From positions 1 through 63,335 of the forward strand of contig KZ538578.1 of assembly GCA_000934665.2 (NCBI GenBank): a stretch of DNA of 63,335 nt. The letters run 5' to 3'. The stretch comes from Catajapyx aquilonaris (taxonomy: Eukaryota). Of this stretch, positions 41,401-53,310 are shown one piece after another; within the stretch, counting starts at the first letter, position 1; each line of letters starts with the position of its first letter. A program made the position numbers and the translations under genes. The notes beneath the pieces are model-generated. The model was not told the origin of the DNA. It ran no database searches and worked only from the letters and a program-made list of their open reading frames with translations.

Positions 41401-41986
41401 GTGAAATGGTCGAAAGAGTGAATTGCTATACTGGTACAGTACATTAGAGTAGCACAGAGAATTATTCTATTTTGCACAGCATAGTATTGTATGAAGGACC
41501 AAAAATATTGACTAATTTCGCCGAATATTAATATAGTATGTTATTTTTATAATAGTGTCATATAACTGATACAAAACGAATATACACTATATTACCAAAA
41601 TTATGTGCTTAACCACAATGGGTGCTTCTCAATGGCACAGCCAATTACACCTTATTTTGTTGTTAAACTTATTGTGCAGAATTGAATGTTTTGCTCCCAT
41701 TTTGATGCTTTAGCATTTTTCTTTCTCTTTTACAGCTGCCACAGTTCTGGTGGTGATAGAAGTTTTGGTATCAATGGTCCATTATGAAATAGAACATGTG
41801 CCATACAGACATCCTCCAGGAAGCGCATACCAATACGGATATTCCTACATGTTGGGATGGATAGTTTTTATTTTCTTTGTTGCCGCTGGTATTGCCTTTC
41901 TGGTGTGCTCCAGGAAAAGGAAACGAGATAAGGCCGCAACTGAAGAAGACGCTTTAGCAGATGAACCGACTATCATAGGCAGATAG
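26409..41986 (+). CDS. PMP-22/EMP/MP20/claudin-superfamily tetraspan membrane protein (invertebrate claudin-like), 4 coding exons, 274 aa
   Basis: Exons 26409-26766, 39769-39846, 40913-41050, 41736-41986, with GT-AG introns all in phase 1; total 825 nt. TM1 is followed by STSYW and the W...GLW..C claudin loop motif (HAGLWTVC...YKC). Also YTFANPRYMYKRLAAGLH, YGYSYMLGW before TM4, and a C-terminus of DEPTIIGR. Confidence 0.9.
28883..29414 (-). mobile_element. tRNA-derived SINE with a Nin/Deu-like core and an internal fold-back segment
   Basis: Minus-strand TGGTCTGGTGGTTAGC and GGTTCAAACCC boxes, core GTAAAGTCGTCGGTCCC...GCACGTTAAAGATCCC. 13-bp TSD TGAAGACCAGGCT at 28870-28882 and 29415-29427. 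Confidence 0.8.
28906..29147. mobile_element. Fold-back MITE (piggyBac-like termini) nested in the SINE
   Basis: CCTTACTGGCG...GGGAGGCGGGAGGGT pairs with ACCCTCCCGCCTCCCG...CGCCAGTAAGG. The flanks GTAA and TCAA resemble a degenerate TTAA. Confidence 0.55.
30757..31090. mobile_element. MITE with 33-bp perfect TIRs
   Basis: TATGCGATTCACGAGTCCTGGCCTGTTAGGCTC and GAGCCTAACAGGCCAGGACTCGTGAATCGCATA, with TA on both flanks. Confidence 0.75.
31664..31716. repeat. Perfect palindrome: 26-bp arms with a 1-nt spacer
   Basis: CAAAAATGTCTTGTCAAAGTCCTGTT-G-AACAGGACTTTGACAAGACATTTTTG. Confidence 0.9.
36079..36503. mobile_element. CACTA/EnSpm-like fold-back MITE
   Basis: TA|CGCACAGAAAAATGG...CCATTTTTCTGTGTG|TA, with near-perfect arms of about 185 bp and repeated TCAGGTGAC subterminal motifs. 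Confidence 0.75.
38465..38880. mobile_element. Kolobok-type (TTAA-AGG) MITE
   Basis: TTAA|AGGGACACTCCACTCAAAATACAAGTTGG...CCAACTTGTATTTTGAGTGGAGTGTCCCT|TTAA, with a GC-rich interior. Confidence 0.82.
40655..40813. repeat. Short imperfect fold-back (MITE-like)
   Basis: TTCTCACTATCCATTACG..ATTAGACATTACAG pairs with CTGTAATGTCTAAT..CGTAATGGACAGTGAGAA. Confidence 0.6.
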
Positions 41987-44900
41987 GTTGCTTATACTAT
42001 TTTTAAGGGTAACTTTTGAGTGATCTTACTATTCTAGGCCTCTTATGTTAAGCTGTTACTCTCAAGGTGTCTCATGGAATTCAGTGAAAAAGTCAAGTAT
42101 AAGTCAAGATAAGTCAATGAGTGAAATACCCTGTACAGTACCTAAGTTTGACTGATACATATAGCCATTGCATGCAGTAGTGTGTGATTTATACCTAGTG
42201 CATGAATGAGTTTCTCATGGACTTAAGGTGTAAGCTGAGGAGCGATATAACTACGGTATAGTTATAATGCCTTTTGTCTTTTACCTTCAATTTTGCATAT
42301 GTGCCGGCTATGGCATTGAGCGCCAATTATGTTTGCAAAATATTCTCCATATATACGGATAATCCTGTTTCACATGGTGAGATATATTGTACTTCCAAAA
42401 GAGTTTTTTTTCGTGTTGTAAAGGACCAAATAAAAGGAATATCATTGTAGGGCCTTTGATAATGGAAATCGGCAGGTATGACTATAAAATAATATTGAAG
42501 AATAACTTCCTGGAACAATCGAAATGTCCTGTAATGGAGAGTTCCCTCTAAAATAGTGGATACTGGATTTTTGATAATTTGAAAATATAAAGGAGGTGAG
42601 AGAAGAATGATGGCAGCCCAAGAAGGCAGTGTGAGACTCATATGGCGCCATATCTTCCCTGAAGCTTTCCAGAAGGTGATGTGGAGAAAGTCTGTACAAT
42701 AATTGTTTTAATATAGATGTACTATTGAGATGTTCACTGCCGGAAAAGTATTGGTTTGTAATACATGTTCAACCCAAGTTTAATGAAGCATTTTTATGCT
42801 CTTTTTTCAGAATATACTTACATTGTGACATAATTGAGGGCAAAAGGTGTCTACGCTGTTCACCCAGAACATCGGGGCAAGTCGGTACCTTGAAATAAAA
42901 TTACAATAAAATGCCGATTAATATCTATACCTCTATAGAGTCTATACTATACACTTCAAACTCATAGAGAGGTGCCCAAAACAATAAAACATTGCACGTC
43001 CTGTACAGTTAAGCGCACACGATCCTATCATATACTCAGTGACATGATTTGCAAGCCCCCAGGCGATGAACCCCAGGCGATGTTCATCGCCTGGGGGCCA
43101 GCAACGGACTTAACGGAATACAACAATAACTTTATGATCCTAAAGGGTTATACAAATTGAAACCCTTTTGTTGAAGTAAGATCTAGAGCAACATGTAATG
43201 CCAACTTGAAAGCTGTCGGCCATTTTAAAACCAAGATATCCCTGCTGTACAGACTTGCCTCGAGTACGGACTAGCCCCACTCTACCATATGCCATCAATT
43301 TTAAATCATAGATTAATTCATTCTCTGCAAGTGGCTCCAAGTGTGACTAACGGCAGTAATGGTGTATATTTTTTTGGATTATGTACGTTAAAATCATATG
43401 ATGAATGCTGCCCGTAAATACCTATTAAACAAGCAAAAAGTGGACTGTAGTAGTTGTACTATACATCACTAAACCAGGAAATAAGTGTATATAGGGTATA
43501 GTATAAACATTGACTAAAATGTAAATATCTAGCCATTTCCAATGATGTTCCATAATGAGTGTGGGTATAGCCTCGTGTTACTTTGGCGCTAAACAAATAA
43601 CTGCTTTTGTTAATGATAATAAAGGTCTCTTACATCACAGTTTTTTCTGAATCTGTGAAGATTTGCTGAATATTTCTCGGTAACTGCACCGGATTAGCCC
43701 CTGAGTTGAAAATAACTAACACATTTTGTTTAGGGTCTAACATTTTTTGCACCGGGTTTTGGTAGATGGAATGCTGCACACGACTCTAACATACTCCTTC
43801 ACACTATATACTGTGGTACAATCAATATTGGATGCTATTTTGGATTTCTTCCTTACTTCATAATAAAATTATGGCAACATTTGGCACTTTAAATAGTGTT
43901 ATGATTTCACCATAAAATTCCACTTCATGTCTAAAAAGTAACCTTTAGTGTGTCAGGACGAGTGCAATGTTTTAAGTAAGCTACGTTAGAAAGTCCAGGA
44001 TGATGTGAAACAGGTAGGCTAATGTTTTCAAGATCACTCTGCACATGCTGGAACTTCGAGAGGGCCCCATTTTTTGTTTTGCCCGAAATCTTAAGTTTAT
44101 TAAGAGAGCCGCAGCAATAGTGATTATAAATATTCAGAGCGACTTGATTCTCATCATGTAATGTGACTAAATAATATTAATAAGATTATATTTCTTGCTC
44201 TTTTCGTGACAAAATACAATTTCAATGACGTTCAATGCAACTAGAAATAACACCAGATAATCGAGAAAAATTAAAGCTACATTCGTGAGCGGGGGCATAT
44301 TTTATTTTTTTGATTAACGATGATTAAATTATATTCCCAGATAGTTCTAAGGCATTAGACTGCAGGGTGCCGTTTCACTAATCCTGACCCCGTAATGTTG
44401 TCGACTGACAGCCAGTCCTGCGACGGAAATGGGTCGATTAGACTGAAACTCTGCCATCAGTAATAAGCGTCTGATGGTTGCTTATTACCTTTTACCTCAA
44501 AATATGGCAAATCGGCTTACCTTCATTCTAGTAATTTGCATCACGTATACACGTTGCTCACGTCCCGTGAAACACCCAGTAGTTGACTTATGTGTGTCAT
44601 TGCTCTGTCAATTATGAATATGCAATATAAGTTAATCATAACATCCCGCTACTGTATGGTAATAATCGTGTCACATTTTTGGAGGGATTTTTTTTGCATA
44701 ATATGACACTGTATATTTCCAATTAATATACTTTTGAATGCAATAAATATGATGGATTTATTCGAGGAGTGTCCAGAAGAATATTAGAGTCATAATGCCA
44801 CCTGAATTGAGAGAAAATGTTATGATATAAAATACATGCCACATTGCAATTTAATTAATTGTAACAATTTTGAGGGCACAGAGCCTGTTTGATTCACTTA

Positions 44901-45260
44901 TGTACTTGGTATTAAAGGGTTTTCAGCTTATTCGAGAAAGTGAGACCATTCACGAACTAACTCAACAGTAATGGGAAGGTGAGTTACTGCATCCAGAAGT
45001 ACTGCATGGTGATCACAAAATATGATCCTGAGTTCTGTCTTGCAAAACCATACGACTAATATTATTATGAACATATAAACTGTGTCACTAATACCAAAGT
45101 AAACGAAATACTAGTCTTCCCACAATCAAAAATCCATCATCAGTGCAGAATTTCAATGAAGTCGGGCATTTAGAAGAGGATTCCCTAAATGTCCACATGC
45201 CAACCAATTGTTATTATTTTGAATCACTATCAGTAATGGTAAGGTGAAGCACCACTAGTA

Positions 45261-45330
45261 GCTTCTGTAGTTTAATGGCAGAACTCACATTCAAAGAGTG
45301 TGAACCTGGGTTCGATTCCCAGCAGAAGCA
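45261..45330 (+). tRNA. tRNA-like cloverleaf with an atypical anticodon arm (pseudo-tRNA or tRNA-derived element)
   Basis: Acceptor GCTTCTG/CAGAAGC+A, D stem GTTT/GAAC, anticodon stem CACAT/GTGTG, loop TCAAAGA (no U33), 3-nt variable region, T arm CTGGG-TTCGATT-CCCAG. Confidence 0.5.
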
Positions 45331-46111
45331 GGTGGGGATGGTTTCATCTTCAGTACGGCATATTTAAAAAAAAATCAGGCCTATTGCGTCACTCTGATCA
45401 CAATCATTACCTTGATACTCTGATCACAATCATTACCTTGATACTTTTCGATTCCCGAATAAAAATAATTTAACGTGAAGAGTATTCAACAATAGACTAA
45501 TGATATTTGAATTACAGCTTCGCAGAGAAAGAAGGTCTTCGCATTTAGAAAGGAAAGTCGGCCCCAGGTTAACCGCGGTATAGTGATTCGCGGTTTGAAT
45601 GTAATATATAATTTATAATTAATACGTAATTAATACACTGTAGCTGTAAACAATCCAACACGTATTTTTTTGCAGTACAGTAGGTCTACCGTATTTTTAT
45701 GACTATTCTACTTCAGTGTTAATTGTTTTTTGTTGATGTCTTAATGCGTATACCGCTATAACTCTATTACTGTATTATGAAAAGCGAAATTTGTTTATTT
45801 GACAATTTTATACCCATTTCATACTAATTTCATTTGCTTGTCAATTTTATACCAATTATTTATAAATACATGCAAGGTTTGTTTGTCCAGTTTGGTTACC
45901 ATGGCAACCGGTTACTATATAGTATCAACAATAAGTGACAGAATTTGTTGGTCACAATCATTACCATAAAAACAGGCGGTGTTTCTTTGCTGCCATAGTA
46001 ACGTCAACACAACGCCACTCATTAATTGTTGCCCTGGTCACGTCAACACAATACCATGGCAACAATGAGATTCAACAATATCAATAGCGTCATATGTGTG
46101 TCATATAATTC

Positions 46112-46402
46112 CAAAGAGTTCTGCTATATTATATATACACCTAGAGGAGGTACTCGGCCTGAAATGTGAGGCAGGCAACAATGCAGGCAACAATATGACC
46201 TCCAACAAGATGGCGGACGCCTGACATTATTTGAACTAATTGTCGCCCAGTTGTCATTATTGGTTGTTGTCCCAGTTACTAGACAACTGTTAGAACAACA
46301 ATATGACCTCCAACAAGATGGCGGCTGCCTCAGCCTGTCTAATGGAAAAGGATAGGGAGTACCTCCTCTAGGTATTATATTATATAATAGCAGAACTCTT
46401 TG
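46112..46402. mobile_element. MITE with 8-bp TSD (P-element- or hAT-like)
   Basis: TIR CAAAGAGTTCTGCTAT...ACCTAGAGGAGGTACTC and GAGTACCTCCTCTAGGT...ATAGCAGAACTCTTTG. TSD TATAATTC at 46104-46111 and 46403-46410. Confidence 0.8.
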
Positions 46403-48340
46403 TATAATTCATACAATGCATTTGCACACGAATCATTCGTGAGAGACACCAAAAATGTAAGTTTCACATAATTGCCGCAGACGAGTAGATGTACTCAGGT
46501 CAACAAGTAGTAGTAACTCCGAGCAAACAGGTTACGACAAGGGTGCCGGAAGGCTAGATATATAAAGGCTGAAATATTAAATTTTTCAGGCAAAATTATT
46601 ATCAATCAATAAATCAATCATCAACCCAGTAATCTGTGACGTCACAGCTAAATTAGTTGATTCGTCCGCTACGCGTGGCGCTCCTGCAACATCCTCGCGT
46701 CAGTTTTAAAATCAGGGAATCCCGATTTCATCCAGCTGATCGGGGTGAAAAGGGCCTGAAAGGTCACATTCCATACGAAATATCCTAATTATGTTAGATC
46801 TCTAGTTTTTGATTCATATATGATGTCCAATAAATCCTTCATTTATTTGTCATTCTCTGTTCAATAGAACACGGTCAGAGGTCGTTGACCGTGGGCTTCG
46901 AGTAAAAAATTAGCCAGACAAATTCCGCGCTACATGTCACGTTAACAGGGATGATCACGACCCAATCTTTACAGTAAAACTATCTGCAAGCTATGTTCAG
47001 AGCACTATATTATACAGCAGGGTGAGTCAGAACTCACAAGTAAAGGTCACTACATGTAAATGGTGTTGCAGAATGAATCTTGCCACAATAATAGATGCAG
47101 GTAAGTCATTAATCAAAATGAAATCCGTTTCTTCATAGCCCTACAAGGTCAAAAGTTATGACCTCTCGAAGTCAGCCCGGGCAGTGTAAGCGAGAAGGAT
47201 AAAGCAGTTGCAGATGGAAAGAAGCATTACAAATTAGAACTTATGACTGTTTTAATGGTATGTACGAGGGTCGTTCATAAAGTTCGTAGGGAAAGTTTAG
47301 GTTCCACCGTTCGTAGCTCTGCTTTGGTGGTGTTATACTTCATTAATTTGTTACGCCACGATGAGGCGATATGGGGCATCGGCATTTGCATAACCTGGTG
47401 CATGGGGGGTTTGGATGCCAGCATTTTCCAGTTGGTGCTTCTGTCAATCCTCTGAGAATAATTTTTTTTGATCAATATAATATTGCCGAATATTTGTGCG
47501 TGTGTAGACAGTACTCCATTATTTTATTAGGGGCTGAAAAAGTAATAGTAATTATACAAAATGGCACAACAATAAATTTTCAATACTGGTAACATCTCTT
47601 GAAACAATTCAGTTTTATTAACAATAAGAAAGTGTAACACATTTTTACGTAAATTTCTTCCCCGGAGAGTCAAATCTCGCATTTACTCCCTTGGTTTACC
47701 CTAACGTACGCTAAACTTTTGAACCTCATTGTGATGTCCAATACCGTACGTTGATTAAAATGTAGCTTATGCCATGTTTGCTTACCTAAAACATGCAAGT
47801 TATAGGCAGTAGTTCCACTGACTATATTGGTATGTATGCAGTAAGCAAGATTAGGGTACTGGAAACTATGCTTTACAAAATTGTTAATAAGGTGGTTAAG
47901 AATAAATAAATAAAATGTGTTATTTCACCGCGTAACTTATTAAACATTTAATCAGAGCAATATAAGGTAATTGTAGTTTATGTCAGTGTGAACAACAAAA
48001 ATCTAAAGTAACTTATAAAAAGTGAAAGTGTAGCTTTTAAGCATAATAATCGGCCACAGAAGCGAGGTCATTGGTTCAACTATTCATCACTCAGGCTGCC
48101 AATCATAAATCAATAGAAAGTCAAAGAGTTGGGAGAGGGGTGAGGTACGCGCCATTTTCGTTGTGCTTTCACCAACGCGCTCCGCTGCATTACCTCAAAA
48201 GTATTAGTTGCTAACTGCATTCATACCAATATGAACAACATGTATCTCACACCTACAACACATCTACCCATCCATTCATACGTATGCCTCAGGCAGGTAG
48301 CAAAACTGGTTTTAATATATCATCTCCATTAACTTGCTCG

Positions 48341-48480
48341 GGGGGCGACACCGTGGTGTAGTGGTTAACGCCACAGCCTTCCACCTCTAAGGTCCCGAGT
48401 TCGATCCCCGGGTCGGACGGAGGACACTTATGTGGAAGAGTTTCGATGGGTTCTAGCCGTGTTTGCGTAGGTTTCTCCCA
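48341..48480 (+). mobile_element. tRNA-derived SINE family B, 5' part
   Basis: TGGTGTAGTGGTTAAC and GAGTTCGATCC boxes, followed by ACTTATGTGGAAGAGTTTCGATGGG as in the 18697 copy. Confidence 0.7.
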
Positions 48481-49525
48481 TAAACTACTACCACTACCAA
48501 AAACCCACTTTAGTTGGCACACTTGCACGATACACTTCGATTTCCAGTTTTTCTGCATACCCAGGTATAAATATGCACACACTCTTTTACATTTCTATCC
48601 ATGTCAGAGCTTCAAGTACGCTCTCCTTCTCACCTACCTTATGAGGAAATAATGCTGTTACATATACTCTACTTCAAGACTTCCAACAATGTCAGACACG
48701 CCATACACCCTCTTAAAGTTGGTGAAAAGATTCGTGTGCACATGTTGTGAGGTATAAGGGGCCTCCCAAGAGGCCATAAAACGAGAATGTCCTCACAAAG
48801 TGAAAACATATACACATGCTCTGACAAGGATAGAAAAAAATGTCCAAGCGCGCATAGAACAATAGTATACAAGGTGTTTTAATATGAGAGACCCATCAAA
48901 TGTAAGTAGGCTACTTTGCGAATAGCATGTAGCTATAACAATGTTTGGAGTCATTTGCAGCATGATTGTGAATCGTCTTGGCTACCTTATTAACAGCATC
49001 TTATTAACTTTAGGATCTTTCGTGTCAAAACACCGCATATAAAATTTAACTATATAGATTCGACGGAATTTTGCGTCTGAACGCTAGAACTTTTGTCATC
49101 TTGGCGAAGGTGATATGATACTCGAGTCAACGACCAATATCTATAATATTCACTATTTAACAAACATACAATCTTTGCTTCTGCACCAATATTTCCACAT
49201 AATACAAGTATTATGCTACATCATAATATGAGGTATAGTAGACCTACATAATTTCAACAATATATCTATTGCTTCCCTTTGCTTCTGTCAATGGCCCAAA
49301 ATCTCACACAATAACTGAAAGAAAATGTATTTATTAAAAACAAAAACAAAAAAATAACAACTGGAAGCTCTGATTAGTCTAATACTTTTCCAGGACAAAC
49401 ACACAAACAACTAATAATTTGCAAGAAATGACCTCATTTTTCTTCCGACTTCCACTGCCGTTTGGTTACAAATCGTCACGCTCCAATCAGCTGACCCATA
49501 AGTAAAAAAAAAATGTGACATCAGC

Positions 49526-49599
49526 AGGTCCCACCGAGATTTGAACTCGGACCGCTGGGCATTTGCAACCCAGAGTGCTAACCGTTACACCATGGGGCA
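49526..49599 (-). tRNA. tRNA-Gln-derived gene or pseudogene with a 9-nt anticodon loop
   Basis: Minus strand TGCCCCATGGTGTAACGGTTAGCACTCTGGG-TTGCAAATG-CCCAGCGGTCCGAGTTCAAATCTCGGTGGGACCT matches the eukaryotic tRNA-Gln body. A and B boxes are intact, there are two acceptor-stem mismatches, and a T10 run lies 12 nt downstream. Confidence 0.7.
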
Positions 49600-51281
49600 C
49601 TGTTCTGTGTCACATTTGCCTCTCCACTCGATGCCTAAGTCAAAGTTAGTATAGATATGAAACTGGACCACAAGATGTCAGGTGTGGTCTAAATGTGCAA
49701 CTTTGGCTCACTTTTCATACCAGATAATGTTTTGCAATTTTTCAGTTTTGGACAGGCAGTTTCTGAGCTTCCACATTTTAGCAGCTTATTATATGCCTTG
49801 TAGCATTTGTTCAGTTTGTGCTCCTACTCGCCTCCTAGTGTATATAAATGGACAATAAATCATCCTCAAGTTGATATTCATTGACATGGGACACTTTGAG
49901 CTGGATTGTGCAATATTGTTATGTGGGTATCATGCTTCCTACTCGATAACAGCTATTCACCGGCTGGTAAGGAGTAAATCACATTCTGCAACTCGTGTGG
50001 CTAATTGCTCCTTTGCTCAGCTCATCTTGGCGGATTAGTCACATTAGTATGAGGAGGTAACTAAGTGATTACAATATTTACTCGGCTGAGCTGCTATCAA
50101 ATCAATATCGATGCCATGCCAACCTAAAACTAAGAAAAGCATCTCGGATGACTGGTAAAGTGACACTGGTTCATGCAAACTATTTTGATCCCACCAGGTC
50201 AATGCCAACAATGTATAATAATCAACAGACCACAATTGATTTCTTCAAATTAATTCTTATTCCCAGAGCGAGTGTGAAATAATAATGAGAATCTCTTATA
50301 AGAGTCTTGTTCCCTCTAATAGAGTGAAGATTATTATCGATATCTCAGTCCCCAGGCCCTCTTGGAGAGAGGGAAAAAGTTCCGCTTCAATTCATCATCA
50401 GACTATCTCATGGCACAATCTCATCAAATCTAAAACTTAAATCCCATTCCAAACATCACAAACCTTGTGATAATTATCGTGAATGTAATAGTTTCGCACA
50501 ATCAATCACCCGAATTTGACATAGACACTCACATTTTTATGCGCGAATTGCCTCAAAATAATAAGGAATGCCTATTAGGCACATTCGGGAAAAATAATAG
50601 CGTTTTAAAGTATTGCAACAAACACATTTCCCCCCTGCAGGCCACGGCAAAGGGCATGTATCTCACATATAATTTTTGCATGAACCCACACATATGATAT
50701 TCATCACTCTGGCAATGTTTTGGTATCGTTGGAGTAATGTTTGCGAAGAAATAAAACCTAATTCTTTCGTTTCCTATTTAACACTACTATATAGCGATTA
50801 TTGGTGATCAAACAGAAGGTAATGTGTTGCCTAAAATTCGAATCTGGTTAGAACATTGCATTTCATCCGATGAAATGCATTTATGACTCCACTGCTGCAG
50901 ACTGAATCACATTATGCGTATGACACACGTATGCCAATTGCCTGATACACTGTAATAATTGCAACGGATAGTGTGCCTGTTGGGGCAAATTAACATGATG
51001 CTTTGTAATTGCTAGTGTATGCGCAAAACCATGGAATAAGTAGAAAGTTTCTGGACATTACGAGCACAATACTGGACAATTGCGTGGCAAAAATTACGAA
51101 GCTATGTAACTTAGTATGATAAAACTTCCAAGCGCTACAAACTGGGTTTTGATGTGAGAGGATGGGTAGGCCTAATGCCGCATTTAAAATCTTAGGGCAA
51201 TTAGAAATTACAGCTCCTGGAGATCAAATATGGTTGACTATTAGTTGGCATGGAACGGCCGAGACGATGTTATTGTACTTA

Positions 51282-51664
51282 CAATGAAACGACCAAGGTC
51301 GGCCGCCTCCGATTGGGTTGAAACTCACTTGAGGGGTCACTCATGTGCGATCGACACAGTGGTGAAATTCCTAGATGACACTGTCCAGCCGTGTCCGAGA
51401 TATGAGCACAAAAAATCCAAATTTTGGCCGCGCGTACCGGCGAGTACAAGTGTCGGGCGGGAAGGGACAAGTGCAAGCCCTGGCTAGGCCCATATTCCCC
51501 TACTGTATATGCGCGGACAAAATTCGGATGTTTATGTCGCTCATATCTCGGAAACGGCTGGACAGTGTCGTCTAGGACTTTCACCACTGTGTCTATTGCA
51601 CATGAGTGAACCCTCAAGCGAGTTTCAACCAAATCGGAGGTGACCCACCTTGGTCATTCCCTTG
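51282..51664. mobile_element. Tc4/Tc5-type fold-back element
   Basis: C-TTA|CAATGAAACGACCAAGG...CCTTGGTCATTCCCTTG|TTA-G, with diverged inverted arms of about 155 bp. Confidence 0.8.
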
Positions 51665-53172
51665 TTAGTGGTGGAAATTAATGAATATCTACAAGTATTG
51701 CCGCCTGGCGGAGACTTTTCTTTCATGAAGCTGCTTCATGTAAAGGAAAAGTTCCACCAGGTGGCGATACTTGTATATCCATTAATTTCCACCACTGTAC
51801 ATAGTTGTAACTTAATGCATTTTCGGTCAACGAATGAGATGGTTCACATGACGAGAATTTACTTTTACGCATATTCATCACATCTTTAAAGTTAATATAA
51901 TAAACTTTGATGCATATTATTTGGCAAATCAAATGCTATAAAATCTGGATATTTAGACTTGCTTTTTTCCTGTTGGATTGTTTGTAAATAGTCAACGCAT
52001 GATTCACAACAACAACAAAAAAACATGAGAGAGAGCCTTGTATCTTTCTTACTGGAAACTAATATCAGTATTATGCGATCCAAAATAATATTGAACACTT
52101 TGTTCCACTGCGGTGTGATCTACTATAACAGCATGCATTAAAATTAATTTCATTTTACAACGACACAGAACACGCTAAACTTGTGCGCTAGTTCAGGACA
52201 AGACACAAGTCTATTTCCTATGACGTTGTCTATTATTTTGTTCACAAGATTAACTTTATGGCACGAATGGCCTTCAACTTAGAGCGATTGATCAACATGA
52301 ATACACCATAGGATGAGTAGGTTCCAATGGGAACTTTGGTCATTTATTTAATAGGTTGATGGATGGTATAAAATATATCTTACCAAATATAATAAACACA
52401 GTACGCTTCTTACATAAGCTCGATCATACTGTATTCATACGTATATGCTTCAAGCCAATATTTTCGTTTAGCCATGTACGGTAAATTCAAGTGGTGGTTA
52501 GAAGAAATGCGTCAAAAATATCTAGCAAAGACTTTGTTTAACTAGTCGTTCAATGTAAGAAAAATAATATTATTATTAAAATAAAAGTGAGAGAGTAAAT
52601 TGATTGATCCAACAGTAACTGGTCGTACTTGAAACACTGTCAGGTTAATGTTTAAATGGGCGGTAATAATTATGTTGAAAATTAATGATATTGGGTTATC
52701 TGTACTTGTGCAAAGGTACTGCAGGACTCGTTCACTTGGTTAAATCTTGGCTCGTCAAGATTAGGCATACTGTAGTTGAGCTCTTTGGTCCCACAAAGAA
52801 GGTCCTACCATTAGAATCGTTTGTGAGAGAGTCTTATACTTCCACACGATACAAAGCCTACTCTAGTGTAGTTGACATTATTGCTGACTTTCCCTTTCCA
52901 CAGCGTTGTTTCATTGTTGTAGCAGGTCAGCGGTGGGACCTGTGCAGCAGCTACCGTGTATTCTTTATGAGCACTGTCTTCAGACTGCTTCTAACTTCGA
53001 TTGAATAGTTCATTTTAATGACCTTTTTTTCGTATACATTCTTCAAAATGCATGCACTGAACGAGTTTGAAAACATTACAAACTCACCGTATTACCGACA
53101 TTGCGGTTAGAAATATCGTGTGCTTCAGAATTGAACTCGCATGCGTATCGGTGCAAATTTTGAGTCCTGCAA

Positions 53173-53310
53173 CAGGGGTTCTTAATCTTTTCGGACCTCC
53201 GCACCCTTTGAAGATAGTTGGTCCTTGTCGCACCCCCAATTCCAGGGGTGATTGATTAAGTTAGACTAAGTCAAGTGGTGCACCTTGCTCGCACAGGTTA
53301 AGAACCGCTG
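53173..53310. mobile_element. hAT (Charlie-like) MITE
   Basis: CAGGGGTTCTTAA...TTAAGAACCGCTG, with a degenerate 8-bp TSD TCCTGCAA/TTCTACAA. Confidence 0.6.

Noticed and set aside
45285..45303. TTCAAA in the tRNA-like loop read as a selenocysteine or opal-suppressor anticodon
   Set aside because: There is no long variable arm or extended acceptor stem, and TCA is not at positions 34-36 of the 7-nt loop.
45391..45445. 26-bp direct repeat considered as CRISPR-like
   Set aside because: It is two adjacent copies with no spacer in eukaryotic DNA, i.e. a simple tandem duplication.
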